From an uncultured Verrucomicrobiae bacterium (lineage in GTDB: Bacteria; Verrucomicrobiota; Verrucomicrobiia; Palsa-1439): 64,000 nt of DNA. The position numbers were made by a program, and so were the translations under genes. The notes beneath the pieces were generated by a model. It was not told the origin of the DNA, made no database searches, and saw only the letters and a list, made by a program, of their open reading frames with translations. The stretch lies in NCBI GenBank assembly GCA_963812605.1, contig CAWEWF010000001.1, positions 576,001-640,000 on the forward strand, in the 5' to 3' direction. Below, piece after piece: positions 47,882-60,329 of the stretch; position 1 is the stretch's first letter; every line of letters starts with the position of its first letter.

Positions 47882-49424
47882 TTACGGGCGTCTCCATTCG
47901 CGTCCATCCTTTTCGATAAACTTGTCCGCCTCGGGCGGGCCCCAGGTACCGGATTCGTAGAGGTAGGGCGCCGGCGCAGTGTTCCAGCCCTCGATGATTG
48001 CGTCGATGATCTGCCACGAGCGCTCGACTTCGTCGCGGCGCGTGAACAAGGTCGAATCGCCGAGGATCGCGTCGTGGAGGAGCCGCTCATACGCCTCCGG
48101 GGAGTGCGCGCCGAAGCTGCCACCGTAACGGAAATCCATCTTCACGGGCTGCAAGTTCATCTCGTTGCCCGGCACCTTCGCGTTCATGCGGATGGCGATG
48201 CCTTCGTCGGGCTGAATGCGCATCACCAGCGCGTTCGGCTGGAGCGGCGCGGTCGAGTCGGCGGCGAAGAGGACGGCCGGCGGCGCCTGAAACTGGATGG
48301 CGATCTCGGCGACGCCCTTCGGGAGCCGCTTGCCGTGACGAAGATAAAACGGCACGCCGGCCCAGCGCCAGTTTTCGATGTACAGCTTCAGGGCGACGAA
48401 GGTCTCGGTTCGGGAGTCGGGGGCCACGCTTTTTTCCTCGCGGTAGGCGGGAACCGCCTGGCCGGCCATCGAGCCGCGCCCGTATTGGCCGCGCAAGGTG
48501 AATTGATGGACCTGCTCCGGAGTCATCGGGCGGATCGCGCGCAGGACCTTGACCTTTTCATCGTGAATGGCCGCGCCATCCAGTGTGCTGGGCGGCTCCA
48601 TGGCGACGAGCGAGAGCAACTGCATCATGTGATTCTGCACCATGTCACGGAGCGCGCCGGAGCCGTCGTAGTAGCCGCCGCGGCCTTCCACGCCGAGCGA
48701 CTCGGCGACCGTGATTTGGATGTGATCCACGTATTTCTGGTTCCAGAGCGGCTCGAAGATTTCATTGGCGAACCGGAGCGCGGCGATGTTCTGGACGGTC
48801 TCCTTGCCGAGATAATGGTCGATGCGGAAAATCTGCCGTTCGGCGAACACGCCGGCCAGCGTCTGGTTCAACTCCTCGGCCGTGGCCAGGCTGCGCCCGA
48901 AAGGTTTCTCGACGATGATGCGCTGGGACGCGGTGGGGGGCTGCTTCTTGATCGACGAGACCATTGGCGCCGAGTTGTTCGATGATGCCGATGAACTCCG
49001 TGGGCGCGGTGGCGAGATAGAAGAGACGATTGCCCGCGGTGCCGCGTTCGGTGTCCAGCTTTTGCAGGAACGTCTTGAGTTTCTGGTAGCCCTGGGCGTC
49101 GGCAAACTCCGATTGATGGTAGAAGATTCCCTGGGCCAGCGAGTCCCAGACAGCGGGGTTGATCGGCTGGAAACGCGAGAACTGCGCGACCGCCTCGCGC
49201 AACTCCGCGCGGAACTGGTCGTGGGTCTTCGGCCGGCGCGCGAACCCGACGATGGCAAAGGATTGCGGGAGCTGGCCTTCGTGGGCGAGATTATAGAGCG
49301 CCGGGACGAGCTTGCGGTGGGTGAGGTCGCCAGTCGCGCCGAAAATAACGAGCGCGCACGGTTCCGGCGCCTGCCGCGTGCTGAGACCTTCCTGGAGCGG
49401 ATTCTTCGAGAGTGCGGTCTGCAT
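47882..49424 (-). CDS. zwf: glucose-6-phosphate 1-dehydrogenase, with a frameshift in the G6 run at 48935-48940
   Basis: FGATGDL (first frame); EKPFG, RIDHYLGKE and DMVQNH (second frame). Confidence 0.93.
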
Positions 49425-49492
49425 AATTGGTTACCAGCGTCGAAACTACCACATCGGCGCCGCGCAACGGAAGCGGACAATTTCGGCAGGTC

Positions 49493-49527
49493 CACGAATT
49501 GCACGAAGGAGACACGAAGGACACGAG
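49493..49527 (+). repeat. CACGAA short tandem array
   Basis: CACGAA at 49493, 49502 and 49513, CACGAG at 49522. Confidence 0.7.
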
Positions 49528-49557
49528 GCGAGGGGATGCGGTGGTGCAATTGGCCGA

Positions 49558-49884
49558 TTAGACTGCACGAACCAAGTCTCTGAACTTATCCTCAACATTG
49601 TAAATGACTTCGCAATCACAGTAACCGCCTTGTTGACGAAAACCGCCTTGTTGACGAAGCCACGGCAGTATTTTGTCCGCTGGGAGGTTGCGCTCGCGCA
49701 GAAACCGAATTGTTTCTTCCAGCGTATGGTCACAAGGAGGCACATTCTTACGTTTGAGGAAATCAAAAAGGCCGCGCAAATCCTGTTTGCTCAGAGGCAT
49801 GGACTGCTCAATCTGCTTGCTCTGCTGCCTCTTCCACGCCTCCCACGCCTTCTTCGGCTCGTTCTCGCTGGTGCCCTTGCTCAT
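49558..49884 (-). CDS. DUF2695-like protein
   Basis: CDHTL...WL...GGYCDCEVIYNV; contains an 18-bp tandem duplication. Confidence 0.75.
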   Translation of the reverse strand: MSKGTSENEPKKAWEAWKRQQSKQIEQSMPLSKQDLRGLFDFLKRKNVPPCDHTLEETIRFLRERNLPADKILPWLRQQGGFRQQGGYCDCEVIYNVEDKFRDLVRAV

Positions 49885-49913
49885 GATTGATACCTTTCAG
49901 CCAAGTCGTTTCG

Positions 49914-50710
49914 CTAACACTGCATCTGAAACTTGCGCTTGCGATGCTGCTCGAAAAAATTCTTTTCAGGCCAGAACTTATCGGGCAGTCGCAGATCCCT
50001 ATTGTCGTATTGCATAAAGTCGAAATCCACGACAGCGTTTGGAAGATAGTTGCGCACGTGAGACACAGATGGTATAGGACTCGTTTTGCCCCACCGAAAT
50101 CGAACGCAGCATGGTGGAGGGCGCAGAAGACAAAGTCCGTTCCGTGGGTTTACGCGCAAATCTTCTCTCTCCGACCATCCGACAATGTGAGCCGCCGTCA
50201 ACACCTCTGGAATCGGATTGCCACACACACAGCACGCACAACCGTAGGAGGCGAGAACGGTGTCGCGAAAAAATCTCTGATAGAGCCGCACCCGAACCTC
50301 ACGCGTTATTTCAGTGGGTGGTATAATTGACGTTCGACGGGAATGAACCTGCGTCTAGGTCTCGGGCCGATTTTGGGTGCGACTTCGAGTTCTTGACCTT
50401 CTTCACCAAGAAGCTTGGTCGAAGCGACTTCACTTTCGACTGCGAGCGTTTCCCAGTTCTTGTGAAACTCATTCCAAATCGCCTTGTCCGCCTTGCTGGC
50501 ACGCGTCAATCCGGTAATTCCTTGGGCTTTGAGAGCGGGGTCAAATGAGCCGAAGTTGCCGAGTTTCATGGCTACTGCAGCAGGAGAACGTCCAATGAGC
50601 TTGGCAACTTCAATGACAGCGGGATTGTTGGCTTTCGTCTTTGCGAACGGTATTCGGCAATAGAGGTTAAAGGTTACAAGCAGTTCTTCTCGTGACCATT
50701 CTTTCGTCAT
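49914..50710 (-). pseudogene. HNH putative restriction endonuclease, frameshifted
   Basis: WSREE..FNLYCRIPF...GRSP.AVAMKLGNF; Q.FFR..VLASY...CCVCG...AAHI...NPRNGLCL; split over several frames. Confidence 0.8.
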
Positions 50711-51140
50711 TGGTGCGCTGCCTCAGTTGATCTGAGGACTTCCATTGTGTCGATCAGTCGGAAACGAATCCCGTCCGCCAAGAGCTTTCCTTGCTGACGG
50801 GCATTGTACACCGCCTCATCATCAAGTCGGTAAGTCGAAGCGCCTTCGCGGACAGAAGTCCGGCGTAGCTTACTTTTGGCGGAGTACCGGAGCGCTGTCT
50901 TCCTTCTGTTTTGTGTCTTCGCCTGAATCACGACTACTTCTATTAACCCAGATGAGGTGCAACTATCAAGTTTAGGATGTTGAGAAGCGGCAAATTGTAG
51001 ATCAATGGGGTCGAACCCGTGTTTGCAGGGGATTTCCGTCTCCGTATCGTAAATCGATAATTTGGCTGGACGCGGTGTGGTGGGAGGGGTATGATAGGCG
51101 GGAAACAAATGCATGTTGTGAGCCTACAGTTCGCAGACAG

Positions 51141-51483
51141 CACGGCGACAGAGCGCCGTGGCTACAGGAAAAAGGCGGTGGGTGGATCGCAGCTACAGCC
51201 AGCAAGGGGGGCCGCCTTCGCCAGGGCTTCGGCGCGACTCGCTGCTGTGGGCAGCTCGGGGCCTGTAAAACATGCGTTTCTGCGAAACGAACCCGATTTG
51301 CTGAATAGAATTTGTGAGTGCATCTGTCGAAATGAAAGGCGGTTATGAAAACAGAAATGGATTTTCAAGACGGGTTCGTTTGGGGAAAACGAACCCATTT
51401 TGGAGGGAGCAGAACGGCGGTCATAGACCGCCGCTACAAGGGCAGGTGACCGGTTGGAGTCGCGATGGTAACGTTGCTCCCAC
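51141..51483. repeat. cluster of REP-like palindromes and AAACGAACCC repeats
   Basis: CACGGCG-ACAGAG-CGCCGTG-GCTAC (51141); CGGCGGTC-ATA-GACCGCCG-CTAC (51415); AAACGAACCC at 51285 and 51387, inverted at 51372. Confidence 0.75.
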
Positions 51484-51581
51484 GTTCCGGAGGGAATTGA
51501 AGGGTTTCCTTGTGAAAATCAAGCTTGACGCGGGGCGGGCTGTTGCAAATTTGGCTCGCAATCGACCGTGGCGGGGGCAGA

Positions 51582-52655
51582 ATGGGGAACGTGGCGCGAC
51601 CGGGCACTTCCATCGTCCGTCTCAAGGACATTGCGCGGAGGCTCAACATCTCGGTGTCGACTGTTTCCCGGGCTTTGGGCAAGGACACGTGCGAGATGGT
51701 CGCGCCGGAGTTGCGGAAGAAAATCCTCGAATTGGCCGAGCAGGCCAACTATGTGCCGGACCCGGCCGCGCAGTTGATGCGCAAACCGAAGGTCCACCTC
51801 ATCACGGTGTTGTTGCCGCGGGAGACGCGCACTTTCATGAGCGAGTACTACGGCGTGGTCTTGTCCGGTATCATTTCCGCCGCACGCGATCGGGGAACGG
51901 AAACACGCATCGCGTTGATCGATCCCGGCGGCGACGATATCCTGGAGCAGATGCAGCGGGTGGCGATCGGCGCGGGCGGGCTGCTCTACATGGCGCTGCC
52001 GTTGACCGCGCGGCAATTGGTGAAGCTCGAGGAGTTTGCCCGACCCATGGTGGTGATGGGCGGGAGCCTGCCGCCACGAGTCGATCTCTCGAGCAGCCGC
52101 GTCAATACGGTCGCGGTGGACAATTTCGCGGCGACGCGCGAGTTGACGACCCGCTTGTTGGAACTGGGCCATCGCCAGATCGGATTGATCGGCGGCCCCA
52201 CAACGGTGCGCGACGCGTGGGAGCGCGAGCAGGGGTTTCTCGAGGCGATGAAGGAAGGCCGGGGGGTAATCGATCCGCAGGCGATCATTCACGCTGAATT
52301 CACCGTGGAAGCCGGGGTGCAAGGCTGGCAGCAGTTGGAGAAATGCGAGCCGCGCCCGACCGCGGTGGTTTGCGGGAATGACGAGATAGCCTTTGGCGTG
52401 CTGGAAACCCTGGCGAACCGGAAGATCCATTGTCCCGTGGAAATCTCGGTCGTGGGCTTCGACGATTCGCGAGGGGCGACACGGATCTCGCCGCCGCTGA
52501 CGACGGCGCGACAACCGATGGCGCAACTGGGTCAAACTGCTGCCGAATTGCTCGTGGACCGATTGCAAGACGCAGGCGAGCCAAAAGTCGAACACCGCCT
52601 GTTTCCAGTCGAGATTATCGAGCGGCAGTCTGTGGCCGCACCTGCCCGATTGTGA
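51582..52655 (+). CDS. LacI-family transcriptional regulator
   Basis: LKDIARRLNISVSTVSRAL, YVPD, VDN, NDEIAFG, SVVGFDD, PPLTT. Confidence 0.95.
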   Translation: MGNVARPGTSIVRLKDIARRLNISVSTVSRALGKDTCEMVAPELRKKILELAEQANYVPDPAAQLMRKPKVHLITVLLPRETRTFMSEYYGVVLSGIISAARDRGTETRIALIDPGGDDILEQMQRVAIGAGGLLYMALPLTARQLVKLEEFARPMVVMGGSLPPRVDLSSSRVNTVAVDNFAATRELTTRLLELGHRQIGLIGGPTTVRDAWEREQGFLEAMKEGRGVIDPQAIIHAEFTVEAGVQGWQQLEKCEPRPTAVVCGNDEIAFGVLETLANRKIHCPVEISVVGFDDSRGATRISPPLTTARQPMAQLGQTAAELLVDRLQDAGEPKVEHRLFPVEIIERQSVAAPARL

Positions 52656-52765
52656 TTTACAATTGACCGCGCGCGAAAGCCTGTGCAACGTGCCGCGTGC
52701 TGAGGAGGATGGTTTGTCGAACTGACGGCAAGCGGAGACCGGATAATTTGCAGTTGCTTTAAGAG

Positions 52766-54403
52766 ATGACTTCCGACATACCCAATACGAATCGTGCGTC
52801 CCCGCCCACCGGCAGTCGATGGCGTTTCCCTTTATCGGTTAGCCTGGTCTTTCTGGTCTGTTGCGTGTGGGTCAATGGCAAAAAGCCGTTTTGGGCTGAC
52901 GAGTTGACCTGCGTCTATTTGATCCAGGACCACTCGCTGGGACACATGCTGCGCGCCCTGGCGGGAGGCGCGGACGTTGTTCCCCCTCTTTACTATCTGT
53001 CGGCGTGGACCTGGGCGCGGGTGGCAGGCGTATCGCAGTTGTCCCTGCGCCTGCATTCCTGGCTCTGGATCAGCATTGCCTTCGCGTTGATTTGGGCGGT
53101 GCTTCGCCGCCGGTACGGTTACTGGCCGGCGTCGGCAGGTTGCGCCGCGGCATTTTGTTTATCGAGGCTGGTGATCTTTCACAACACCGAGACGCGATTT
53201 TACGGATTTTTCCTGGGAGTGGTGGCTTTTGCGGTGTGGGTATTTGACCGCGTCCACGAATCGGACCGTCTCCGCGCGGGCCAGATGGCGCTGATTGCGG
53301 TGGCCCATGCGTGCATGGTTTACGCCCATGTGTTCGGGGTGTTGTACAGCGGCAGCATCCTGCTGGCCTGGATAGTGACCGATGCCTGGCAACATCGTTG
53401 GCGGCCGGCGGTGTATGCATCGGTGGTGATTGGCTGGCTGGCTTTCCTGCCCTGGCTCCCGATTTTCCGCCAACAGACAGCAATCTTTCAGCATGGTTCC
53501 TGGATCCCGATACCCACAGTCACGGACCTGCTGGAGGCGGCCGGGCTTAAGATCAACCTTCCGCTGGCCTTGATATTCATTATCGGATTTGTGCTGGTAA
53601 ACCAGCGGCAGCGACCAGGCAGGACGCTGCGGCCACAAACCTCCGCGCAGGAAGCCCTGCTCGTGCTGAGCATCCTCTTCATTGTGCTGGTGCCGCTGGC
53701 GCTGTGGGTCTTCTCGCAGATATCTCGATCGGTTTTTTGGGACCGGTAGATGATTGCGAGCACGCTTGGTTGGGCGATTCTCTTGAGTTTCCTCTGCGAG
53801 GAACTCGGGGTGGGAGCAACTGAAGACGGGAAATTGGACGCACGAACATGGTCTACTGGACGGTCCGAGCAGGGATCGTTTAGCCCAGTGTGGCTATTGG
53901 CTTTATTTCTCGCGTTTCCGCTGTTCCATGCGCTGACGCATCCCCGTATTCCGCAGCCGAATGCCGAGCGGCTGCCAGCCAGTTTGGAAGGGTTGCCCGT
54001 CGCGCTGCAAACACCGCATGCCTTTCTGCCGCGCATGTATTACCTCGGCACCAACAATAATTACTATTACGTCTTCGATTGGGACGCATCCATCGATCCT
54101 CGAAGCAAGCCCGGCGCGAGTGTCTACGATAAGACCATTGATGGCCTCCGCCGTTTCTACCCGTTGGCGCATGTCGTCAATACCCCGGATTTTCTTTCAC
54201 AGCACCCGCGGTTCCTCTATTTCGATCAGCACGAGACGGCCTGGTTTGATCTGCGCGTGCGGCAGAGTGGTCAATACAAACTGACTTTCATCCCGCGGGA
54301 CGCCCCGGGGATGTTTCTGGTCAATAGTGATGACACAGATGTCTGGTTGGTCGAACGGATTGGTGATACGAAGGCACCAACTGATTCGGCGCGGCATCTT
54401 TGA
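52766..54403 (+). pseudogene. GT-C type (family 39-like) membrane glycosyltransferase with in-frame TAG at 53747-53749
   Basis: FWADE, PPLYY, LRL, ETRFY and many TM helices; the same frame continues directly after DR-stop. Confidence 0.7.
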
Positions 54404-54549
54404 CGTTCGGCAGTGACAGCGTAATAATGTCCCAATTCCACAGGCAGCGCCTTGCCTCAGGGTTTTTCCTAGAGTACGACCAGCAAAAAAGTGCGCCGTG
54501 CCGGCTTGTGGTTCGATTTATCGGATGCCAGATTGCGTCTGTGCATTCG

Positions 54550-56556
54550 ATGAAAGATCGAACTGGTTCCACTCGTTTCGCGGTTGTTGCCGTACTTTCC
54601 CTCGCCTTCGGTTTTCAGATCGCGTCGTCGCGCGCGCAGATGACGGACGTTCTGACTTATCACAACGACAACGCGCGGACGGGACAGGCCCTGCACGAGG
54701 AAGTGTTGAGGCCGGCCAATGTCAACACTAACCATTTCGGCAAGCTGTGGGTTCTTCCCACCGATGGCCTGGTGGATGCCCAACCGCTGTACGCGGCCGG
54801 TGTTTTGATTCCGGGCAAGGGAATGCACAACGTGTTGGTCGTAGCCACCGAGCACGACAGCGTGTATGCGTTCGATGCGGACTGCACGAACATCCTCTGG
54901 CAGGTTTCGCTGCTGGGCGGCGGCGAAACCACTTCCGATGACCACGGCTGTGGCCAGGTAACACCGGAGATCGGCATCACCGACACGCCGGTAATTGACC
55001 GGCAGCTTGGGACCAATGGCACGATCTTCGTCGTGGCGATGAGCAAGAGCGGGTCGAGCGCATATTTTCAGCGGATACACGCGTTGGACCTCGCCACCGG
55101 GGCCGACCGTATTCCCGCCGTCACCGTCACCGCCAGTTACCCGGCACCGGCGACAATAGCAGTGGCGGCAATGTCATCTTTGATCCCGCCAAATACAAAG
55201 AACGGCCCGGCCTGTTGCTGTTGAATGGCGTGATCTACACGGCATGGGCGTCGCATTGCGACGCCCGGCCCTACACGGGCTGGATCATGGGGTACGCTGA
55301 ACAAACGCTGGCGCAAACCAGTGTGCTGAACGTCACCCCGAATGGCAATGAAGGCGCGATCTGGATGGCCGGCGACGGTTTGGCCGCCGATGCCAATGCC
55401 AACATTTATTTTCTGGATGCCAACGGCCTCTTAGACACAAGTTTCAACGCGAGCGGTTTCCCCACCAATGGCGATTACGGCAACGCATTTATGAAGCTCT
55501 CCACGACCAGCAATGCGCTGGCGGTGGCTGATTATTTTGACATGTCCAACACCGTCGCGGAAAATAGTACGGACGAGGATCTGGGTTCCGGTGGCGAATT
55601 CTGTTGCCGGACATGCTCGACGCGCAAAATAATACGCGCCAGCTCGCGGTCGGAGCCGGCAAGGACCAGATCATCTACCTTGTCGACCGGATGAATATGG
55701 GGAAGTTCAGTCCCAGCACGAACGCCATTTACCAGCAGGTCAACGGTGTGCTCGCTGGCAAGCAGTATTCTACGCCCGCCTACTTCGACGGCATCCTTTA
55801 TTATGGCGCTGTCGGCGACCACATCAAAGCGCTCCCGTTCCAAAATGCCCGACTGGCGGCCGTATCATCGCAAACGCCCGGTACCTTCGCTTTCCCAGGC
55901 GCGACGCCGAGTATTTCGGCCAACGGCACATCCAACGGCATCGTGTGGGCCACGGAGAACAATACCACGGCGGTCTTGCACGCGTATAATGCGACCAATC
56001 TCGCCAACGAACTCTATAACAGCAGCCAGGCCGCCGGTAATCGCGATAACTTTGGCGTCGGCAACAAATTCATCACCCCAACGATCGCCAGCGCCCGCGT
56101 CTATGTCGGCACGACGAATGGTGTCGGCGTCTTCGGCCTGCTCGATCAGTCCACATTGACCCCGCTACAAACGTGGCGCAATAACCACTTTGGCAATCCG
56201 TCGAACGTCGGCGCGGGCGCCGACACCGCCAGCCCGGCGGAGACGGCGTGCCGAACCTGATCAAATACGCCCTCGGGTTGGATCCGTATACGCCCGCGGC
56301 CACCAGCCAGTTGCCGAGCGGAAGCATCCAGCCGGACGGTGGCCAGAACTATCTCACGCTGACAGCCAACTATGTCGCGCAGGCGCCGGATGTCACCTAC
56401 GCAGTCGAGGTCTCCGGCGATCTCCGAAGCTGGACGTTCGGCCCGCCATTTACCGTGACCCTCACCAACACCGCGACGCAGCTTACCGTGCGCGACAACG
56501 TACCCTTTGGCAGCGCGCCCATGCGCTTCATTCACCTACGGATCTCGGATCCGTAG
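54550..56556 (+). CDS. secreted PQQ-like beta-propeller protein, with three apparent frameshifts (near 55140, 55600, 56240)
   Basis: VLTYHNDNARTG, DAQPLY, ATEHDSVYAFDAD, RPGLLL, DEDLGSGG, TPSISANG and KFITPT across consecutive frames. Confidence 0.75.
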
Positions 56557-56601
56557 CGGGATCGGCGCCGTCTTGATTGAAGAACAGTTCGCCCCTGTAG
56601 G

Positions 56602-57696
56602 CTATTTCACCGGCTTGTCGCTCAAGAACACCGCGATGAACTTGAGCTCCGGAACATATTTGGCGATCACCGCCAGGCAGGCGGTCAACGGTGTCGCCAG
56701 CAACAGGCCGATCGGCCCCCATAGCCACGCCCAGAAGGCAATGGAGATGAGCATGGCCAGTTTCGAAATCCCAATGGTGCGGCCAAAAAAAATGGGTTCC
56801 AGGATCATTCCTACCAACGGCTCGAACACAACAAATATCCCGATAATAGCCAGGGGCTGTGTCCAGTTCGGTGACGTGGCCAAACTGACCGAGAGCGGAA
56901 GCGTCGCGGCAATCCAAATGCCGATGTAGGGAATGAACCGCAAGATCGCAATCGAGAAACCCCACAGCAACGCATACGGCACGCCGAGGAAGAACAAACT
57001 CACCCCAATCGTTGTCGCCACACAAGCGTTGACGACTGATTGCGCGACGAGATACTGCCCGACGAGCTGGCCCGCTTCATCCAGCGCCTTGCTCGCCGAA
57101 CTTCCTCGTTTGTCGCCCATCGACTGAATCATGCGAGCATGGAACTCGTCCCGTTCCAAGAGCATAAAAACCACCAGGACGATTACCAGCAGGATGTTAA
57201 AGAGCGATCCCAACACAGGTGAAACGATGGACAACAAGGAATGTGCCGTGTCATTTTGCACGGTCACCGGCACCGGTTGAGCACCTGATTTCTTGGGGGG
57301 CGTGTTGGTGGTTACGTCTCCAATCACTTCCTCCACCGTATCACGGGCCTTGGCCAGGGCCGTGCCTTTGCCGTCCCAGCGCAGGTCTTCGACCCGCTTC
57401 TTGATGTTTCCCTTGTAGGTCGGCAGTTTGTCGGCAAATTCTTTTACTTGTCCCGTGATCCCCCAGGCAATGACAACGATCAGTGAAAGGGCCAGGAACA
57501 TCACCAACACGACCGATAGGCTTCGCGGTAAACCAACTCGCTGAAAAGCCTTATCCACGGGAGCCAGGAGAAACGTGATTAATACGGCCAGGGCAATCGG
57601 CACCGCGACCTCACGGGCCAGCGAGAGACAAACAACCACCAGCACCAGGGCGGCCAGAATGATGAGGGAAGATAGTTTTCGGGAAACGATTTGCAT
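56602..57696 (-). CDS. AI-2E family transporter
   Basis: PIALAVLITFLLAP, LRFIPYIG, WAWLWGPIGLLLATPLT. Confidence 0.92.
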   Translation of the reverse strand: MQIVSRKLSSLIILAALVLVVVCLSLAREVAVPIALAVLITFLLAPVDKAFQRVGLPRSLSVVLVMFLALSLIVVIAWGITGQVKEFADKLPTYKGNIKKRVEDLRWDGKGTALAKARDTVEEVIGDVTTNTPPKKSGAQPVPVTVQNDTAHSLLSIVSPVLGSLFNILLVIVLVVFMLLERDEFHARMIQSMGDKRGSSASKALDEAGQLVGQYLVAQSVVNACVATTIGVSLFFLGVPYALLWGFSIAILRFIPYIGIWIAATLPLSVSLATSPNWTQPLAIIGIFVVFEPLVGMILEPIFFGRTIGISKLAMLISIAFWAWLWGPIGLLLATPLTACLAVIAKYVPELKFIAVFLSDKPVK

Positions 57697-57823
57697 TAGA
57701 CGCTATTTCCGGGATTGCTCTTCTCCATATATTTCAATCTTCCACATTTTCTTATGGTAAAACAATTGGGCACACTCCTGACGATTTCCTAAGCAATCAT
57801 CGGCTCGCTGGAGTAGGAGGTTG

Positions 57824-59507
<1,684 letters not shown>

Positions 59508-59653
59508 CTCCTTAGGAAAACTGACTAGGCTGTGGCCAGCACTGTTCTGAGGGCGCAATCAGGTTGGCTGCCAATTGTTGCACCACAAGCGTTGTGTCAC
59601 GATACACCCACACAGCAATGCGGAAAATCGACGGAAGAAGAAAGGAAATCAGC

Positions 59654-60232
59654 ATGAAGGCAATTGTCCTAAGCTCATTGATCGGAATTACCGGCTGCGC
59701 CATCGCGATAACAGTAACGGGGTGCGCCAGTACGCCGACCCACGAAAGCACCGGCGAGGTCATTGATGACAGTACGATCACGGCAAAAATCAAGGCGAAA
59801 TACGCTACGGACAAGGACGTCAGCGCAATGCAGGTGGGTGTTGAAACGTACAAGGGGGTCGTTCAATTGAGCGGCTTCGTTGACAACGATTACGCCAAGA
59901 AGAGAGCCGGTCAGTTGGCCAAGCAGGTGGCTGGAGTGACCCGTGTTGAAAACAATCTCATCATCAAGCCATTGTCCGGCAATGAGACGGTTCTTTCCGG
60001 AACCAATTCCGTTTCCGAGTACGAAGGCGAAGTGACCGCGGTTGATCCGACCAACAACACGATCACCGTCAAGAAGATGCTCATCAGCCACACCTTCCAG
60101 AATGCCACCGGACTGGACCGTCTCGGGGTGCATGTCGGCGACCAGGTTAAAGTTTCCTATCAGGATAAAGACGGGCAGAATAGTGTTGTCCGTATCGATG
60201 AAGTGAAGCCGAAGGACGCTCCCGCACAATAA
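59654..60232 (+). CDS. BON-domain lipoprotein with extra C-terminal beta domain
   Basis: TGCAST...GEVIDDSTITAKIKA...VETYKGVVQLSGFV...GVTRVENNL. Confidence 0.9.
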   Translation: MKAIVLSSLIGITGCAIAITVTGCASTPTHESTGEVIDDSTITAKIKAKYATDKDVSAMQVGVETYKGVVQLSGFVDNDYAKKRAGQLAKQVAGVTRVENNLIIKPLSGNETVLSGTNSVSEYEGEVTAVDPTNNTITVKKMLISHTFQNATGLDRLGVHVGDQVKVSYQDKDGQNSVVRIDEVKPKDAPAQ

Positions 60233-60329
60233 AGAAGACTTCATGGAGCGCCATCGCCCAACCCATGTCGATGACATCATGAAACGACGCGCTTTTCGGC
60301 CATCAGACCTTTTGTGATACACTTCTCAC

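Noticed and set aside
48930-48945. Programmed frameshift or phase variation in zwf (and fba)
   Set aside because: The runs are short, no slippery heptamer is present, and many similar indels across the window favour sequencing error.
50707-51114. 135-aa ORF upstream of the HNH gene
   Set aside because: Only the last 60 or so residues look protein-like, and neither start nor family can be supported; treated as a remnant.
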